From Anaerolinea thermophila (GTDB taxonomy: Bacteria > Chloroflexota > Anaerolineae > Anaerolineales > Villigracilaceae), in the NCBI GenBank assembly GCA_020722345.1, contig DYKZ01000001.1, forward strand, positions 18,108 through 82,107: 64,000 nt of DNA, read 5' to 3'. The first letter of the stretch is position 1; every line of letters starts with the position of its first letter. A program made the position numbers and the translations under genes. Shown piece after piece: positions 34,021-42,541 of the stretch. The notes below the pieces were generated by a model. The model searched no databases and was not told the DNA's origin. It saw only the letters and a list, made by a program, of their open reading frames with translations.

Positions 34021-34132
34021 CACTCATCAGGTGTCGGGCGGCGAGTTCCGCGAGGAGGTCCGCCGGGTCGCATCCGTCCGCGACGGCGCGTTGAAGGGCC
34101 TGGTCCAGGCGTTCGAGGTGTAGTTGCTTCAT
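34013..34132 (-). CDS. 39-aa hypothetical protein
   Basis: ATGA overlap with the upstream gene. The product is MKQLHLERLDQALQRAVADGCDPADLLAELAARHLMSDE. Confidence 0.35.
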   Translation of the reverse strand: MKQLHLERLDQALQRAVADGCDPADLLAELAARHLMSDE

Positions 34133-34551
34133 CACAGGACCCTCGTGATGCCCAGGACCTTCCGACCGAACCAGCCCACGTACTCCTCTGTCCAATCGTC
34201 CAGGGCGCGTTGGAACTCGCTGAGGATGTGGCGGTGATCGTCCGGGCGTAGGGTCCTGACAACGTAGTATTCCAGGTGCTCCGCCCTCCAGCCCAGGGTC
34301 ACTTCCAGGTAGCGGCCCGCGGCGGGGTCGTGGACCAGGTAGTGTAGGATGGGCTCGCCGCCGTCAATGTAGATCGTCTCCACCACGGCCAGGTTCTCCT
34401 CCGGGCGGCGGCGGACGTACTCCACGCAGTTCTCGTGGCAGCGGAAGTTGAACATGCCTTGGACCGGCTCCGGCTTCACCATCGTGAAGCGGGCGCGGAG
34501 GCGGCGGCAGATGCGGTCGCGGGCTCGCTTGAGCATGCGTTGCTTCATCAA
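34132..34551 (-). CDS. hypothetical protein
   Basis: 139-aa ORF coupled to both neighbours. Confidence 0.55.
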   Translation of the reverse strand: MMKQRMLKRARDRICRRLRARFTMVKPEPVQGMFNFRCHENCVEYVRRRPEENLAVVETIYIDGGEPILHYLVHDPAAGRYLEVTLGWRAEHLEYYVVRTLRPDDHRHILSEFQRALDDWTEEYVGWFGRKVLGITRVL

Positions 34552-34799
34552 TCGTTCTCCATCTTGTCAAATACCAGTTGATCAATCCGCTCGCGCTCCG
34601 CGTCCGTCAGCTTCCGCTCCAGCCAGGGCGCGGGGCGTCCGCGGCGGTCGCGGACTTCCCATTCACCGCACCCGCCTTCCGCCGGGTAGCAGTATTCAGG
34701 CGGGCCGCTGACCTTCGCGGGCACGTAGGGTTCCCAGTAGGTGACCACGATGAGGCAGGGGATGCCCGCCACGCGGTCCTCGAACTCAGCCAGTGCCAT
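34548..34799 (-). CDS. hypothetical protein
   Basis: 83-aa ORF with ATGA coupling. Confidence 0.55.
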   Translation of the reverse strand: MALAEFEDRVAGIPCLIVVTYWEPYVPAKVSGPPEYCYPAEGGCGEWEVRDRRGRPAPWLERKLTDAERERIDQLVFDKMEND

Positions 34800-34803
34800 T
34801 GGT

Positions 34804-35166
34804 TCAGTCCCTTACCACGGAAAGGTCCAGGCCCTGGAGGAAGAAGCCCAGCTTGTCGTTCACGGCCCGTTCGATTTCCTTGCGGATCGTCGCAGCCCGT
34901 TTCCGCTTCTCCGTGTACAAGCTGTACGTGATCCGGTTCCCCCAGACGCTGTCACGCACGCTGATTCCGATGCTGGGGCGGTTCAGACACGTGCTGTACT
35001 TGTCGGGGGTCTTGCGGATCGTCGTGAAGTGGAGGTCATTCACCACGAGGTTCTGCGAGTTCTCCCCGATCACCTCCAGTTCCTTCGACTCGAACTTGTT
35101 GGCAGCTCCGATGATCCCGGAGCCGTCCGCAATTTCCACGTAGTAGTGCTTGATCAGTTTCTTCAT
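34804..35166 (-). CDS. hypothetical protein
   Basis: 120-aa ORF with somewhat lower G+C than its neighbours. Confidence 0.55.
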   Translation of the reverse strand: MKKLIKHYYVEIADGSGIIGAANKFESKELEVIGENSQNLVVNDLHFTTIRKTPDKYSTCLNRPSIGISVRDSVWGNRITYSLYTEKRKRAATIRKEIERAVNDKLGFFLQGLDLSVVRD

Positions 35167-35169
35167 GAT

Positions 35170-35361
35170 TCAGTTCCTTGACGGTATGGAAGGGAGCCGG
35201 ACCCAGCGATCAGTCCCGGCTTCGTTGTCGCAGAGTCGCCACAGCGTGCCGTCCTCGCATTCGACAACCACTTGGCGGACCAGGTAGCCGTCGCGGGTCG
35301 TGCCCACGGAGGAGGTCATGGACCGCACGCGGCGGTCGGGCGGGGTGTTGGGCGCGTTCAT
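35170..35361 (-). CDS. hypothetical protein
   Basis: ATG 35361 has GGAGGAGG upstream and an ATGA overlap with the upstream stop. Confidence 0.5.
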   Translation of the reverse strand: MNAPNTPPDRRVRSMTSSVGTTRDGYLVRQVVVECEDGTLWRLCDNEAGTDRWVRLPSIPSRN

Positions 35362-35687
35362 GCGTCCTCCTCCGGCGGGTTCCCGCCTTCCGTCCCGTCG
35401 CAAAAGGTACAGCGGTCAGGACCCAGCGTGCTCTGTTGAAAGCCGGTCGCCTCGCAGGTCGGGCAGGTCCGGTTCTCCTCGAAGTCCTCCGCCGGGAAGG
35501 CGTGCCAGCCGTAGCCCAGGGCGTCCGCGGGCGGGCCTTCGGGCTTCTCCGCCGGGATCGGGTCGCCGCTCCGGGTCAGGCTCCAGTCATCGAACTGGGC
35601 CACGACATGGCCGTGGGTCGCCTCGCGCAGCAGCGCGGTCTTGCCGATCAGGGGCGGGATCGGGCCGCGGTAGATTCCCCGCTTCAT
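35358..35687 (-). CDS. zinc-ribbon protein
   Basis: ATG 35687 has AGGAGGG upstream. It has CPTCEATG...CTFCDG. Confidence 0.55.
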   Translation of the reverse strand: MKRGIYRGPIPPLIGKTALLREATHGHVVAQFDDWSLTRSGDPIPAEKPEGPPADALGYGWHAFPAEDFEENRTCPTCEATGFQQSTLGPDRCTFCDGTEGGNPPEEDA

Positions 35688-36031
35688 GCTCCGCCCTCCT
35701 TCGCCCACGGGCAGTTCGGGGCCGTGTGGCCTTCCCCTCCGCACAGGGTGCAAGCCTTCAGGGCCGCGCGGACTTCGCCCGGGACCTCGTTGAGCAGCTG
35801 GATCGCGTTGGCGTCCAGGGCGCTCGCGCCCCAGTTGAACTTCGGCAGGGCCTCCTCGAACAGGCGAGCGGCCCGGGCGAGGGTCGCCTGGGCTTCGGCC
35901 AGTTGCTTCTTCAGGGCGGGTTCCAGGGCGTCGATCAGCGCCCGGGTACACTCAAGGCACTCCTCCGGGCGTTCCTTCGAGGAGCAGGAGCAGCCCTTGC
36001 GCCACTCTTGTACCATAGCCAGCGGCGTCAT
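35684..36031 (-). CDS. Cys-rich protein with C-terminal CCHC zinc knuckle
   Basis: CTLCGGEGHTAPNC fits CX2CX4HX4C. The N-terminus has CSCSS...CLEC. Confidence 0.55.
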   Translation of the reverse strand: MTPLAMVQEWRKGCSCSSKERPEECLECTRALIDALEPALKKQLAEAQATLARAARLFEEALPKFNWGASALDANAIQLLNEVPGEVRAALKACTLCGGEGHTAPNCPWAKEGGA

Positions 36032-36333
36032 TTCGCGGCCTCCGAGTCGAAGAAGCGGGGCAGGAAGCAGCGGGTGAGCTTCCCGGTGGAGCGGTCGATG
36101 CGACCGGCGATCCCGCCCACGTCATGGGCGAAGTTGAAGTCATCTGCCTCCAGGAGGTCGCGGAGCCGGAGGGGGCAACCGTTCAGGTGCGTCGCCGTCA
36201 GGTCCATGCTGGCGCTGAGGCGGTCGAAGTTCTCCGCAGGGTACAGGCGCTTGAACAGGGCTTCGTGGCGGTCCACGATCTGTTCGATCAGGGCCGCGTC
36301 CTCCTGGGTCGCGTCGAAGTTGATGAGGGTCAT
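36028..36333 (-). CDS. hypothetical protein
   Basis: 101-aa ORF with ATGA coupling. Confidence 0.55.
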   Translation of the reverse strand: MTLINFDATQEDAALIEQIVDRHEALFKRLYPAENFDRLSASMDLTATHLNGCPLRLRDLLEADDFNFAHDVGGIAGRIDRSTGKLTRCFLPRFFDSEAAK

Positions 36334-36356
36334 GGCGTTGCTCCTTTTCTACAAGG

Positions 36357-36692
36357 TCAGAGGATGATCTGCTTGACCATCGTCAGCAGGCGGTCGAAGT
36401 CGCGGGTGAAGTGGGTGATCTTCAGGCCGGACTTGTTCGGGTGGTAGCACAGGCCCTCCGGGGTCGCCATTTCAGCGTAGTGGATGGAGTGGACCTGGTT
36501 CCAGCTCAGGGTCGCCGGGTTCCAGACCTCCGCCCGGGCGAAGGACTGGAACTTGTAGCTGTCGGACTTGATCGTGAGGCGCACTTTGAAGTCGCCCAGG
36601 GACAGGATGCGGCGGGCGGTCACGTCCTGGCGACCTTCGTTGATGGTCTCCTCCAGGAGGTTGGCCTTGGCAGTGTTGGCGGATTTGGTCAT
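36357..36692 (-). CDS. hypothetical protein
   Basis: 111-aa ORF with AAGGAG upstream. Confidence 0.55.
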   Translation of the reverse strand: MTKSANTAKANLLEETINEGRQDVTARRILSLGDFKVRLTIKSDSYKFQSFARAEVWNPATLSWNQVHSIHYAEMATPEGLCYHPNKSGLKITHFTRDFDRLLTMVKQIIL

Positions 36693-36717
36693 GATTGACT
36701 CCTTTTCTGGGAAGTTC

Positions 36718-36738
36718 GGGGCGGATCGGCTCCGCCCC
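36718..36738 (-). other. 8-bp GC stem-loop between the ArdB-like gene and the next gene
   Basis: GGGGCGGA / TCCGCCCC with a 5-nt loop. No U-run follows. Confidence 0.35.
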
Positions 36739-36749
36739 GGGTTGATGTA

Positions 36750-37163
36750 TCAGTCGATGGCGGCGATGATTTCCGCGGCCTCCGGGGGGTCGAAGGCGAA
36801 GTCACGCAGCTTGTAGAACAGGTCCACGTAGTCCTCGCGCTGCGGGTACTTCCAGCAGAGGGCGTTGAACACGAACAGGCAGGTGATCAGGCCCGCGGCG
36901 TCCCCGCTGACCTCGCCCGAGTAGCCGTTGGTGTCCACGGTCAGTCGCAGCTTTCGGTCGGTGATCGCGGGGGCCAGGTACATCGCACCGTTGGACAGCT
37001 GGTACATGAACCAGTACCCGCCGTTGTAGTCCTCCGGGGACATCTTCTGGAGGTGGTCATACAGGGCCATTTCGACCCGGAGGAAGTCCGCCCCGAAGTG
37101 GGCCGGGAGGACCTGGAGGCGCTGGTCATCGTTGTCGATGCGGGTTGCGGTGATCTTGCTCAT
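36750..37163 (-). CDS. ArdB/KlcA-family antirestriction protein
   Basis: YNGGYWFMYQLSNGAMYLAP...LTVDTNGYSGEVSGDAAGLITCLF...PEAAEIIAAID matches KlcA/ArdB as I recall it (Y.GG.W..Y.LSNGGFYMaP, gNGf.G.lSadAAGI). ATG 37163 has GGAGAA upstream. It is the first gene after promoter cassette 1. Confidence 0.75.
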   Translation of the reverse strand: MSKITATRIDNDDQRLQVLPAHFGADFLRVEMALYDHLQKMSPEDYNGGYWFMYQLSNGAMYLAPAITDRKLRLTVDTNGYSGEVSGDAAGLITCLFVFNALCWKYPQREDYVDLFYKLRDFAFDPPEAAEIIAAID

Positions 37164-37197
37164 GTCGGGGTTCTCCATTTCTGATTGAGGTGAAGAA

Positions 37198-37226
37198 AGT
37201 ATAGTGGCGGGACCCGAAGAAGTAAA
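37198..37226 (-). promoter_or_regulatory. Promoter cassette 1: CTTTACTTCTTC-N11-ACTATACTTTCTTCA (TTTACT-N17-TATACT)
   Basis: -10 at 37198-37203 and -35 at 37221-37226 on the - strand. Confidence 0.6.
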
Positions 37227-37250
37227 GCCCCCTCATACAACTTTCTTCGT

Positions 37251-37442
37251 TCACGGCAATTTGTGGCGGTCCCGACAAGGGGCGCAGACTCCTCCCACCA
37301 GTCTCCCGCTCCATTCGCCACACAGGTCACAGTCGCCCGGCTCCCCGGGCGGTATCTTCGCCGCGGCCTCCGCGATCCGGGCCACTTCGCGGTCCGTGTC
37401 GCGGAGGATGCGGTCATTGCTCAAGTCGATTTCGTCAGCCAA
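37251..37442 (-). CDS. DksA/TraR-type C4 zinc-finger protein
   Basis: It has CDLCGE...CAPCRD. 63 aa. Confidence 0.7.
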   Translation of the reverse strand: MADEIDLSNDRILRDTDREVARIAEAAAKIPPGEPGDCDLCGEWSGRLVGGVCAPCRDRHKLP

Positions 37443-38007
37443 TCTTGGGTTCTCCTTCAGGGTTGCCCCGGAGGACGTTCAGGGCGCTCATGAGGCAGAT
37501 GATCTGGCGGCGGCAGTCCTCCAGGCTGGTGTGAACGGCTTGCGTCCCCTCCGGCTTCGACCAGCCCCGCTCCTTCGCCAGGTCATACACGGTGCGCGTG
37601 TCCCGGGCCATGGAATATCCCCACGGGATCGGGACGCCCGCCCGGCGATAGTAACCCTCAAGAATGGCGACGTCAAAGGACGGCCCCTGGGCCCAGACCC
37701 GCTTCAGGTCCGGGTACTTGCCCAACCAGCGTGCGAGGTCCGTCAGCGCGGAGCGCATCGCCTTCGGCGGGCGCTTGGGCTGGAGCCCGCCCTGGTCCCG
37801 CCAGAACTGGACCGTGGAGGCATCGACCTCGCCGCCCAGCAGCAGGGCGCTGTGAAGGTCCACGTCCACCTCGAACAGGTCCGGCTTCACCAATCCGGTT
37901 CGGCTGTTGAACGGGATCGCCCCGACCTGAATGACTCCGGCGTTGGGGCCGGTCGCCATCGTCTCCAGGTCGATCATCACGCTGTCCATCGTGTTGTCAT
38001 CACTCAT
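37435..38007 (-). CDS. DEDDh 3'-5' exonuclease
   Basis: It has MIDLET (D,E), GPSFDV (D) and HTSLEDC (H,D). Confidence 0.7.
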   Translation of the reverse strand: MSDDNTMDSVMIDLETMATGPNAGVIQVGAIPFNSRTGLVKPDLFEVDVDLHSALLLGGEVDASTVQFWRDQGGLQPKRPPKAMRSALTDLARWLGKYPDLKRVWAQGPSFDVAILEGYYRRAGVPIPWGYSMARDTRTVYDLAKERGWSKPEGTQAVHTSLEDCRRQIICLMSALNVLRGNPEGEPKIG

Positions 38008-38008
38008 C

Positions 38009-38137
38009 TCACTTCTCCTTCTTCAGTTTGATCTCGTTGAATCGTACAAACTCTTGCCACACGGGGCATTCCTGGACCGACTCGCCGCCCCCGACCGTCA
38101 GGGCGAGGACGCACGACATCAGAACCTTGGCCATCAT
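38009..38137 (-). CDS. 42-aa micro-ORF, not in ORF track
   Basis: AAGGAGAA RBS. The product is MMAKVLMSCVLALTVGGGESVQECPVWQEFVRFNEIKLKKEK. The stop lies 1 nt before the exonuclease ATG. Confidence 0.35.
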   Translation of the reverse strand: MMAKVLMSCVLALTVGGGESVQECPVWQEFVRFNEIKLKKEK

Positions 38138-38146
38138 CGTTCTCCT

Positions 38147-38311
38147 TCAGAACTCGCGCATGATCCAGACGCGGACGCCCGGCTTGTCGCGCAACTTGTA
38201 CTTGAGGTTGCTCGCCTCCTGACGGGCGCGGTTGTAGCCCGCGACCTTCTTGGAGTTGAGCTTGCCGCCCGGTTCGAGCCAGCAAACCTCCCACTCAACC
38301 GACTCCTTCAA
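38147..38311 (-). CDS. 54-aa hypothetical protein (TTG start), not in ORF track
   Basis: AGGAGG lies 9 nt upstream of TTG 38311, which overlaps the upstream stop. The product is (M)KESVEWEVCWLEPGGKLNSKKVAGYNRARQEASNLKYKLRDKPGVRVWIMREF. Confidence 0.35.
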   Translation of the reverse strand: MKESVEWEVCWLEPGGKLNSKKVAGYNRARQEASNLKYKLRDKPGVRVWIMREF

Positions 38312-38631
38312 TGCCCACCCCTCCTGAATCGGTCCACCTGCTCCTTGCCCAGGAGGGCTTCGAGCCCGTCCCAGGAGGCGGGGGCGTTCGGATCGCCCGG
38401 GACGATCCCGGCGTCACGCTCGCGCTGCTCAACCATCGCCTCCACGAAGGCCTGACGGAACAGCGCGAAGGCGAGGAGCCCGAGCCCTCCCCGAACAACG
38501 GCGAGGTTGATGGGCGGAAGGCCCGCGGGCCGCTCCGCCTTGGGCAGGTACGTCCCGTTGGGTCGCTTGCCTTGCTCCATCCGCTCCTGGATCAGGCGGC
38601 GGATGCGTTCGTGGTCGGACTCTTGGCTCAT
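38308..38631 (-). CDS. hypothetical membrane protein
   Basis: 107 aa with the TM helix GGLGLLAFALFRQAFV. Confidence 0.5.
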   Translation of the reverse strand: MSQESDHERIRRLIQERMEQGKRPNGTYLPKAERPAGLPPINLAVVRGGLGLLAFALFRQAFVEAMVEQRERDAGIVPGDPNAPASWDGLEALLGKEQVDRFRRGGH

Positions 38632-38634
38632 CGG

Positions 38635-38922
38635 TCAGCCCTCCTTCACGCAGAAGTCCATGACGATCAGGTTGAAGCGGCCCGGGTCCTTCTCCTCCCG
38701 GATCGCCTTCCAGTGCCCGTCCTCGATCCGGCGCAGCTCCAGGCGGTAGTCCTCCGGCTCGCCCAGGAAGGCGAGCTGGTGCTGTTCGCCGGTCCACAGC
38801 GCCCGCTCCGGGCACATGACCTGGGCGGGGGAGTCCTTCACGATACAACCGGCGAGCCCGCGCCCGCGGAGGTCGCTGAGGAAGTCCTCAACCCAGGATT
38901 CGACTTGGTGGAATGGGATCAT
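38635..38922 (-). CDS. hypothetical protein
   Basis: 95-aa ORF. Confidence 0.5.
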   Translation of the reverse strand: MIPFHQVESWVEDFLSDLRGRGLAGCIVKDSPAQVMCPERALWTGEQHQLAFLGEPEDYRLELRRIEDGHWKAIREEKDPGRFNLIVMDFCVKEG

Positions 38923-38924
38923 GG

Positions 38925-39230
38925 TCAGTCCTCGAAGGCCCCGCGGGCGGTTTGGCGTTGAATCTCAGCGAAGTGGCGAAGGAGGCGAGCCCGGCGGAAC
39001 TCCACCTGACGGGCGACCGGGGTGCCGCTCAGGACTTCATCCGCGGTGTGTCGCCCGTACACGCTGTCCAGGTAGTTGCGGACCTCCTCCGGCTTCGCGG
39101 TCGGGATCGCGGCGGCGATGTCGCGGAAGGCGACGGCCCAGGCGGCGTCCGCCCCCTCCGCGCCCTTCTTCAGGGCCACGGTCCCATAGAAGCCGTGGAA
39201 CGGGTTGTTGGTCGGGATCGTGCGGCTCAC
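38925..39230 (-). CDS. hypothetical protein
   Basis: GTG 39230 (GTGA overlap) with GGAGG upstream. The rest of the 213-aa track ORF is Arg/Pro-rich. Confidence 0.5.
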   Translation of the reverse strand: MSRTIPTNNPFHGFYGTVALKKGAEGADAAWAVAFRDIAAAIPTAKPEEVRNYLDSVYGRHTADEVLSGTPVARQVEFRRARLLRHFAEIQRQTARGAFED

Positions 39231-39703
39231 AGCTGACCTCCGTGGAGTTCTCCGAGGCGCTGATTCAGCCACGCGACCTCCTTGGGCAGGAGCTGTTCCT
39301 GGTGGTCCACGAGGTAGCGGAGGCGGCGCAGCTGCTCCTGGTTCTCGTTGGACAGCTTCGCCACGTTGCTTTCGAGGCGCTTCAGCTTCGCGGGTACGTC
39401 CTTGGCGAGTTCCGCCATCAGCCGGCACTCCTCCCCGAAGGCGCGGGTGGCGTCCCGGGACGCGGCCACGGGGTCGATGTTGTCCCCGTAGTTGTTGCCC
39501 AGGTACTCCGCGCAAGCGGCTCCCGCCGTCCCGATCAGCTGGAGGAGGTGTTGTTGGCTCGCGCATTGGCCCGGGTCGATGTCCGTGGAGGACTTCAGGC
39601 CGGGGCGCTTCTGGCTGTACACGAGGACCGTCACTTGGTACTTGCGCGGGTCCTCCGGGCTGCGCCCGAGGCGGGCCTGGACGCCCTGAATGGTAGTGGT
39701 CAT
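39227..39703 (-). CDS. hypothetical protein
   Basis: ATG 39703 in an ATGA overlap with the MazG-like gene. The C-terminus is coiled-coil. Confidence 0.5.
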   Translation of the reverse strand: MTTTIQGVQARLGRSPEDPRKYQVTVLVYSQKRPGLKSSTDIDPGQCASQQHLLQLIGTAGAACAEYLGNNYGDNIDPVAASRDATRAFGEECRLMAELAKDVPAKLKRLESNVAKLSNENQEQLRRLRYLVDHQEQLLPKEVAWLNQRLGELHGGQL

Positions 39704-40305
39704 GACGGTTCTCCTTCGCACAGCGGGTTGGCTTTCCAGAAGGCGCGCAACTCGCGGCCCAGGTAGATGTTCACGCCGTCCTGGCCCTCGAAGAAGCCCC
39801 CGGCCTGGAAGGTCGGCACCACGGCGTCCTGCGCCCCGGCGGCGATCCCGTCAGCGGACTGAGCCCAGTTCAGGGCTTGATCGGCGGAGTCGAAGCCCTG
39901 CGGCGTGAAGAAGCTGCCGGAGTCGCTGATGATGTAGAACTTGTCCAACTCCATTTCCAGACCGCTTCCGGGGTCCAGGAAGGTTTCCACGTGCTGCATC
40001 TTCCCGGTCGGGCTCCGGCCCCAGGCGCGGTTGCGGTTCACGCCCATCTTGAAGTCCACCACGGTCGGGAGGTCCACGTTCAGCTTCTCCGCGACCTGGG
40101 CGAGCATGATGAACACGTCCGCGCACTCCTTCTGGAGTTCCTGGACCAGCTCCTGGTCCATGTCCGCGACCGGGACGGCGGCGACGGTGGCGAGTCCGGC
40201 GACCAGCTCCGCCACTTCCACGTTCATCCGCGCGGCGACTTCCGCGGGGTGCTTCGGGCCGAAGGTGTCGTCAGCCCAGCGGGTGATTGATTCTTGGGTT
40301 TCCAT
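39700..40305 (-). CDS. MazG-like nucleoside triphosphate pyrophosphohydrolase domain protein with unassigned C-terminal domain
   Basis: ITRWADDTFGP....EVAEL...ECADVFIMLAQVAEKLNVDL..VVDFKMGVNRNRAW follows the all-alpha NTP-PPase pattern. Confidence 0.6.
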   Translation of the reverse strand: METQESITRWADDTFGPKHPAEVAARMNVEVAELVAGLATVAAVPVADMDQELVQELQKECADVFIMLAQVAEKLNVDLPTVVDFKMGVNRNRAWGRSPTGKMQHVETFLDPGSGLEMELDKFYIISDSGSFFTPQGFDSADQALNWAQSADGIAAGAQDAVVPTFQAGGFFEGQDGVNIYLGRELRAFWKANPLCEGEPS

Positions 40306-40307
40306 AT

Positions 40308-40577
40308 TCAGTTGGTTCTCCGAGGTTCACAAACAATAGTCTTGCCCAGGGGCCGCGACGGATCGTGGCGGCACTCCAGGCGCTCAAACCGGGACGGGTC
40401 CGGCTTTCCTGCCTCCGCCGGTACGGTGACGCGAACCGGCGGGGCGAGACGGGGCGAGAAGCTGCCGACCTGCGCCCGCCGGATCGTCTCCTGGGCGTTA
40501 TACAGGGGGCGATCCTCCGCTTGCGCCTGCGTGGCGAGCGGCAGCAGGACGGCCAGGGCGAGGGTCATCAGTCTCAT
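40308..40577 (-). CDS. small secreted protein
   Basis: ATG 40577 has AGGAG upstream. The signal peptide is MRLMTLALAVLLPLATQAQA. It is the first gene after promoter cassette 2. Confidence 0.5.
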   Translation of the reverse strand: MRLMTLALAVLLPLATQAQAEDRPLYNAQETIRRAQVGSFSPRLAPPVRVTVPAEAGKPDPSRFERLECRHDPSRPLGKTIVCEPRRTN

Positions 40578-40611
40578 GATCGGGCTCCTTCGGTTCGGGG
40601 TCAGTGAAGAA

Positions 40612-40640
40612 AGTATAGTCACGGACCCCGAAGAAGTAAA
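40612..40640 (-). promoter_or_regulatory. Promoter cassette 2 (TTTACT-N17-TATACT)
   Basis: -10 at 40612-40617 and -35 at 40635-40640. It has the same flanks as cassette 1. Confidence 0.6.
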
Positions 40641-40644
40641 GTGG

Positions 40645-40986
40645 TCAGTGCTTTGAGGCGGTCATGGACTGGAGGAGGTCGCCCAAGGAGGGGCGGGCGT
40701 CCTCCGCCTCGCGCTTGCTCAGGAAGGCGCAGCCGTGGTCATCCAGATAGCTCGCGTCCAGTTCCCGCTCGCCCAGCTCCTCCATCGGGAGGTCCGCGGC
40801 GTTCATGAGCACCGGCCAGGCCCGGCTCATCTGCTCCTGGGCGTCCCGCCCGAGTTCGTTCAGCCGCTCCTGGAACTCGCGTTCCAGCTCCGCCTTCCGG
40901 GCGGGGGCCTGTTGGTGGATGCCGTGGACGGCACGGGCAGCGGTCAGGGCGTCTCCGGTGAGACGGATGGTGGTCTTGCGGCTCAT
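40645..40986 (-). CDS. hypothetical protein
   Basis: 113-aa ORF with ATGA coupling to the upstream gene. Confidence 0.5.
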   Translation of the reverse strand: MSRKTTIRLTGDALTAARAVHGIHQQAPARKAELEREFQERLNELGRDAQEQMSRAWPVLMNAADLPMEELGERELDASYLDDHGCAFLSKREAEDARPSLGDLLQSMTASKH

Positions 40987-42161
40987 AGCGGTTCTCCGGT
41001 GATCTGTTCGCCCAAGGACACGATGGTGCCCATCAGGAAGTTCTGCATGGTGCGGGTTTCATCGCACAGCTGGTGGCGGAGGTGGATGAACTCCTCAATC
41101 AGCGTCCCGGCCAGCATCTTGGTCCCCATCATCAAGGTTCGCTTGCTGATGTAGATTTTGCCCTCATGCGCCCGGCCCAGGACCTCCTCGCCCAGGAACT
41201 CGCTGACAATGATCGGGTACTCCCGGACGGCGAAGCCCAGCCGCTCGCAGAAGCCCGCGGCCTTCTCCAGCCGGGTCCGATCCAGCTCGCTCAGGCGCAT
41301 CGGGGTCGCCTCCTCGTGGAGCTGGTCCATGATCCAGACCTGCGAAGCCTTCAGCGCGGAGCGGGACAGCGAGGAGTCGAAGCTGCGGGCGAGTTCGGAG
41401 ACGGTCGCCAGGAAGGGCTTGGACGGCTCCACGCCCTCGAACTCCAGCGCATGCTCGAAGGTCGCCTTGGGCGCGGTGACGGCTTTCTTGATCAGGGGAG
41501 CCTGCTGCGATTCGCAGAGCCCGCGACGGACGGCGGCGCTGATGTCCCAGGACCACTTGATGGTCCGATCCTCCGTCAGGTCCACCTTCTTCTGGATGTT
41601 GTAGGTGAACTGCGAGGGGTTGTCCAGCCGGTAGGCTCGCACGCCCCGGTAGTACACGAAGTGCGACGGGCCGGGGTGGATGTGGACGACCTCGTGGCGC
41701 TCCAGAGGCTCGCTGGACAGGATGATGTCGGAGCGGGAGGCCCAGACATCCAGGAACTTCTCGCCCCGGACCACAATCACGGTTTCGTCCGCGGCGACTT
41801 CCGGGACCTCGCTGGCCTCGAACACCTCGCCCCGTTCGTCCATCGTGTTGCAATACAGCTCGCGGAAGGCTTGCCACACTTCCCAGGTCTTGCCGACCTC
41901 CGTGGTGAAGCCCAGACGGCGGTTGTTCATCGTGACCACGTTGAAGTCATCGACCCGGACGCGATCCCGCTTGATGCCGAACTCCAGCTTGCGCTTCCCG
42001 GCGTGAATGGTGATGTCGCAGCCCTCGCGGAGGAGGACGGCGATGGCGTACTTGAGGCCGGTCCCGAAGAAGCCGATGGCCCCGGGGTTCTCCTTCGAGC
42101 TGACCCCGAAGGTGGTGATGGACTTGGGGTCAATGACGCCCTTGTTGCGGAAGATGATCAC
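40983..42161 (-). CDS. hypothetical protein (392 aa)
   Basis: GTG 42161 has AAGGAG 7 nt upstream. It has the Gly-rich box GAIGFFGTGLKYAI near the N-terminus. No family could be assigned. Confidence 0.55.
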   Translation of the reverse strand: MIIFRNKGVIDPKSITTFGVSSKENPGAIGFFGTGLKYAIAVLLREGCDITIHAGKRKLEFGIKRDRVRVDDFNVVTMNNRRLGFTTEVGKTWEVWQAFRELYCNTMDERGEVFEASEVPEVAADETVIVVRGEKFLDVWASRSDIILSSEPLERHEVVHIHPGPSHFVYYRGVRAYRLDNPSQFTYNIQKKVDLTEDRTIKWSWDISAAVRRGLCESQQAPLIKKAVTAPKATFEHALEFEGVEPSKPFLATVSELARSFDSSLSRSALKASQVWIMDQLHEEATPMRLSELDRTRLEKAAGFCERLGFAVREYPIIVSEFLGEEVLGRAHEGKIYISKRTLMMGTKMLAGTLIEEFIHLRHQLCDETRTMQNFLMGTIVSLGEQITGEPL

Positions 42162-42531
42162 GTTGTGACTCCTTTTCTTGGTACAGTTGCTTCAGGGTAT
42201 CGGCCACGGCTTGTCGCCGTCTCCGTTCGATTTCCCGGAGGGCTTGCTGCCTCCCGAGAAGGTGGTTGCGTGCCTGGAGGTAGTCCATGCCGGTTTCCTC
42301 CATGACGCGCTGAATCTGGGCTTCACCAACCACGCGACCTCGCTCAACCCACACGTGGTGGTAGCGGTCCGGGAGGTTGGAGCAGTCGCCGGGGGAGCCG
42401 TCGATGAACTCCACCCTCACGCATTCCTGGGTCATGTAGGACTGATACACGGTCGGCAGGCCGGTCGCGTCCCAGAAGGCCCAGAGCACCCCACCCACGA
42501 GGAGGGCGATGAAGCCCAAGGGGGCGATCAG
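42130..42531 (-). CDS. hypothetical membrane-anchored protein, start uncertain
   Basis: The TM helix LIAPLGFIALLVGGVLWAFW begins just after the upstream stop. Only CTG/TTG/GTG starts are available unless the gene fully overlaps 42542-42763. Confidence 0.35.
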   Translation of the reverse strand: MIAPLGFIALLVGGVLWAFWDATGLPTVYQSYMTQECVRVEFIDGSPGDCSNLPDRYHHVWVERGRVVGEAQIQRVMEETGMDYLQARNHLLGRQQALREIERRRRQAVADTLKQLYQEKESQRDHLPQQGRH

Positions 42532-42541
42532 CGACCCGAGG

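Noticed and set aside
38004-38294. The 96-aa track ORF MGGLLARTGRQAQ..., and + strand ORF 38028-38222.
   Set aside because: The translations are Arg/Gly-rich or junk-like. The same DNA is better explained by two short ORFs with strong RBSs (38009-38137 and 38147-38311).
40983-42161. A GHKL/HSP90-type ATPase, suggested by GAIGFFGTGLKYAI.
   Set aside because: The Gly-rich box sits about 30 aa from the N-terminus, leaving no room for the N-box and DxGxG box that must precede it in GHKL folds. The resemblance is probably superficial.
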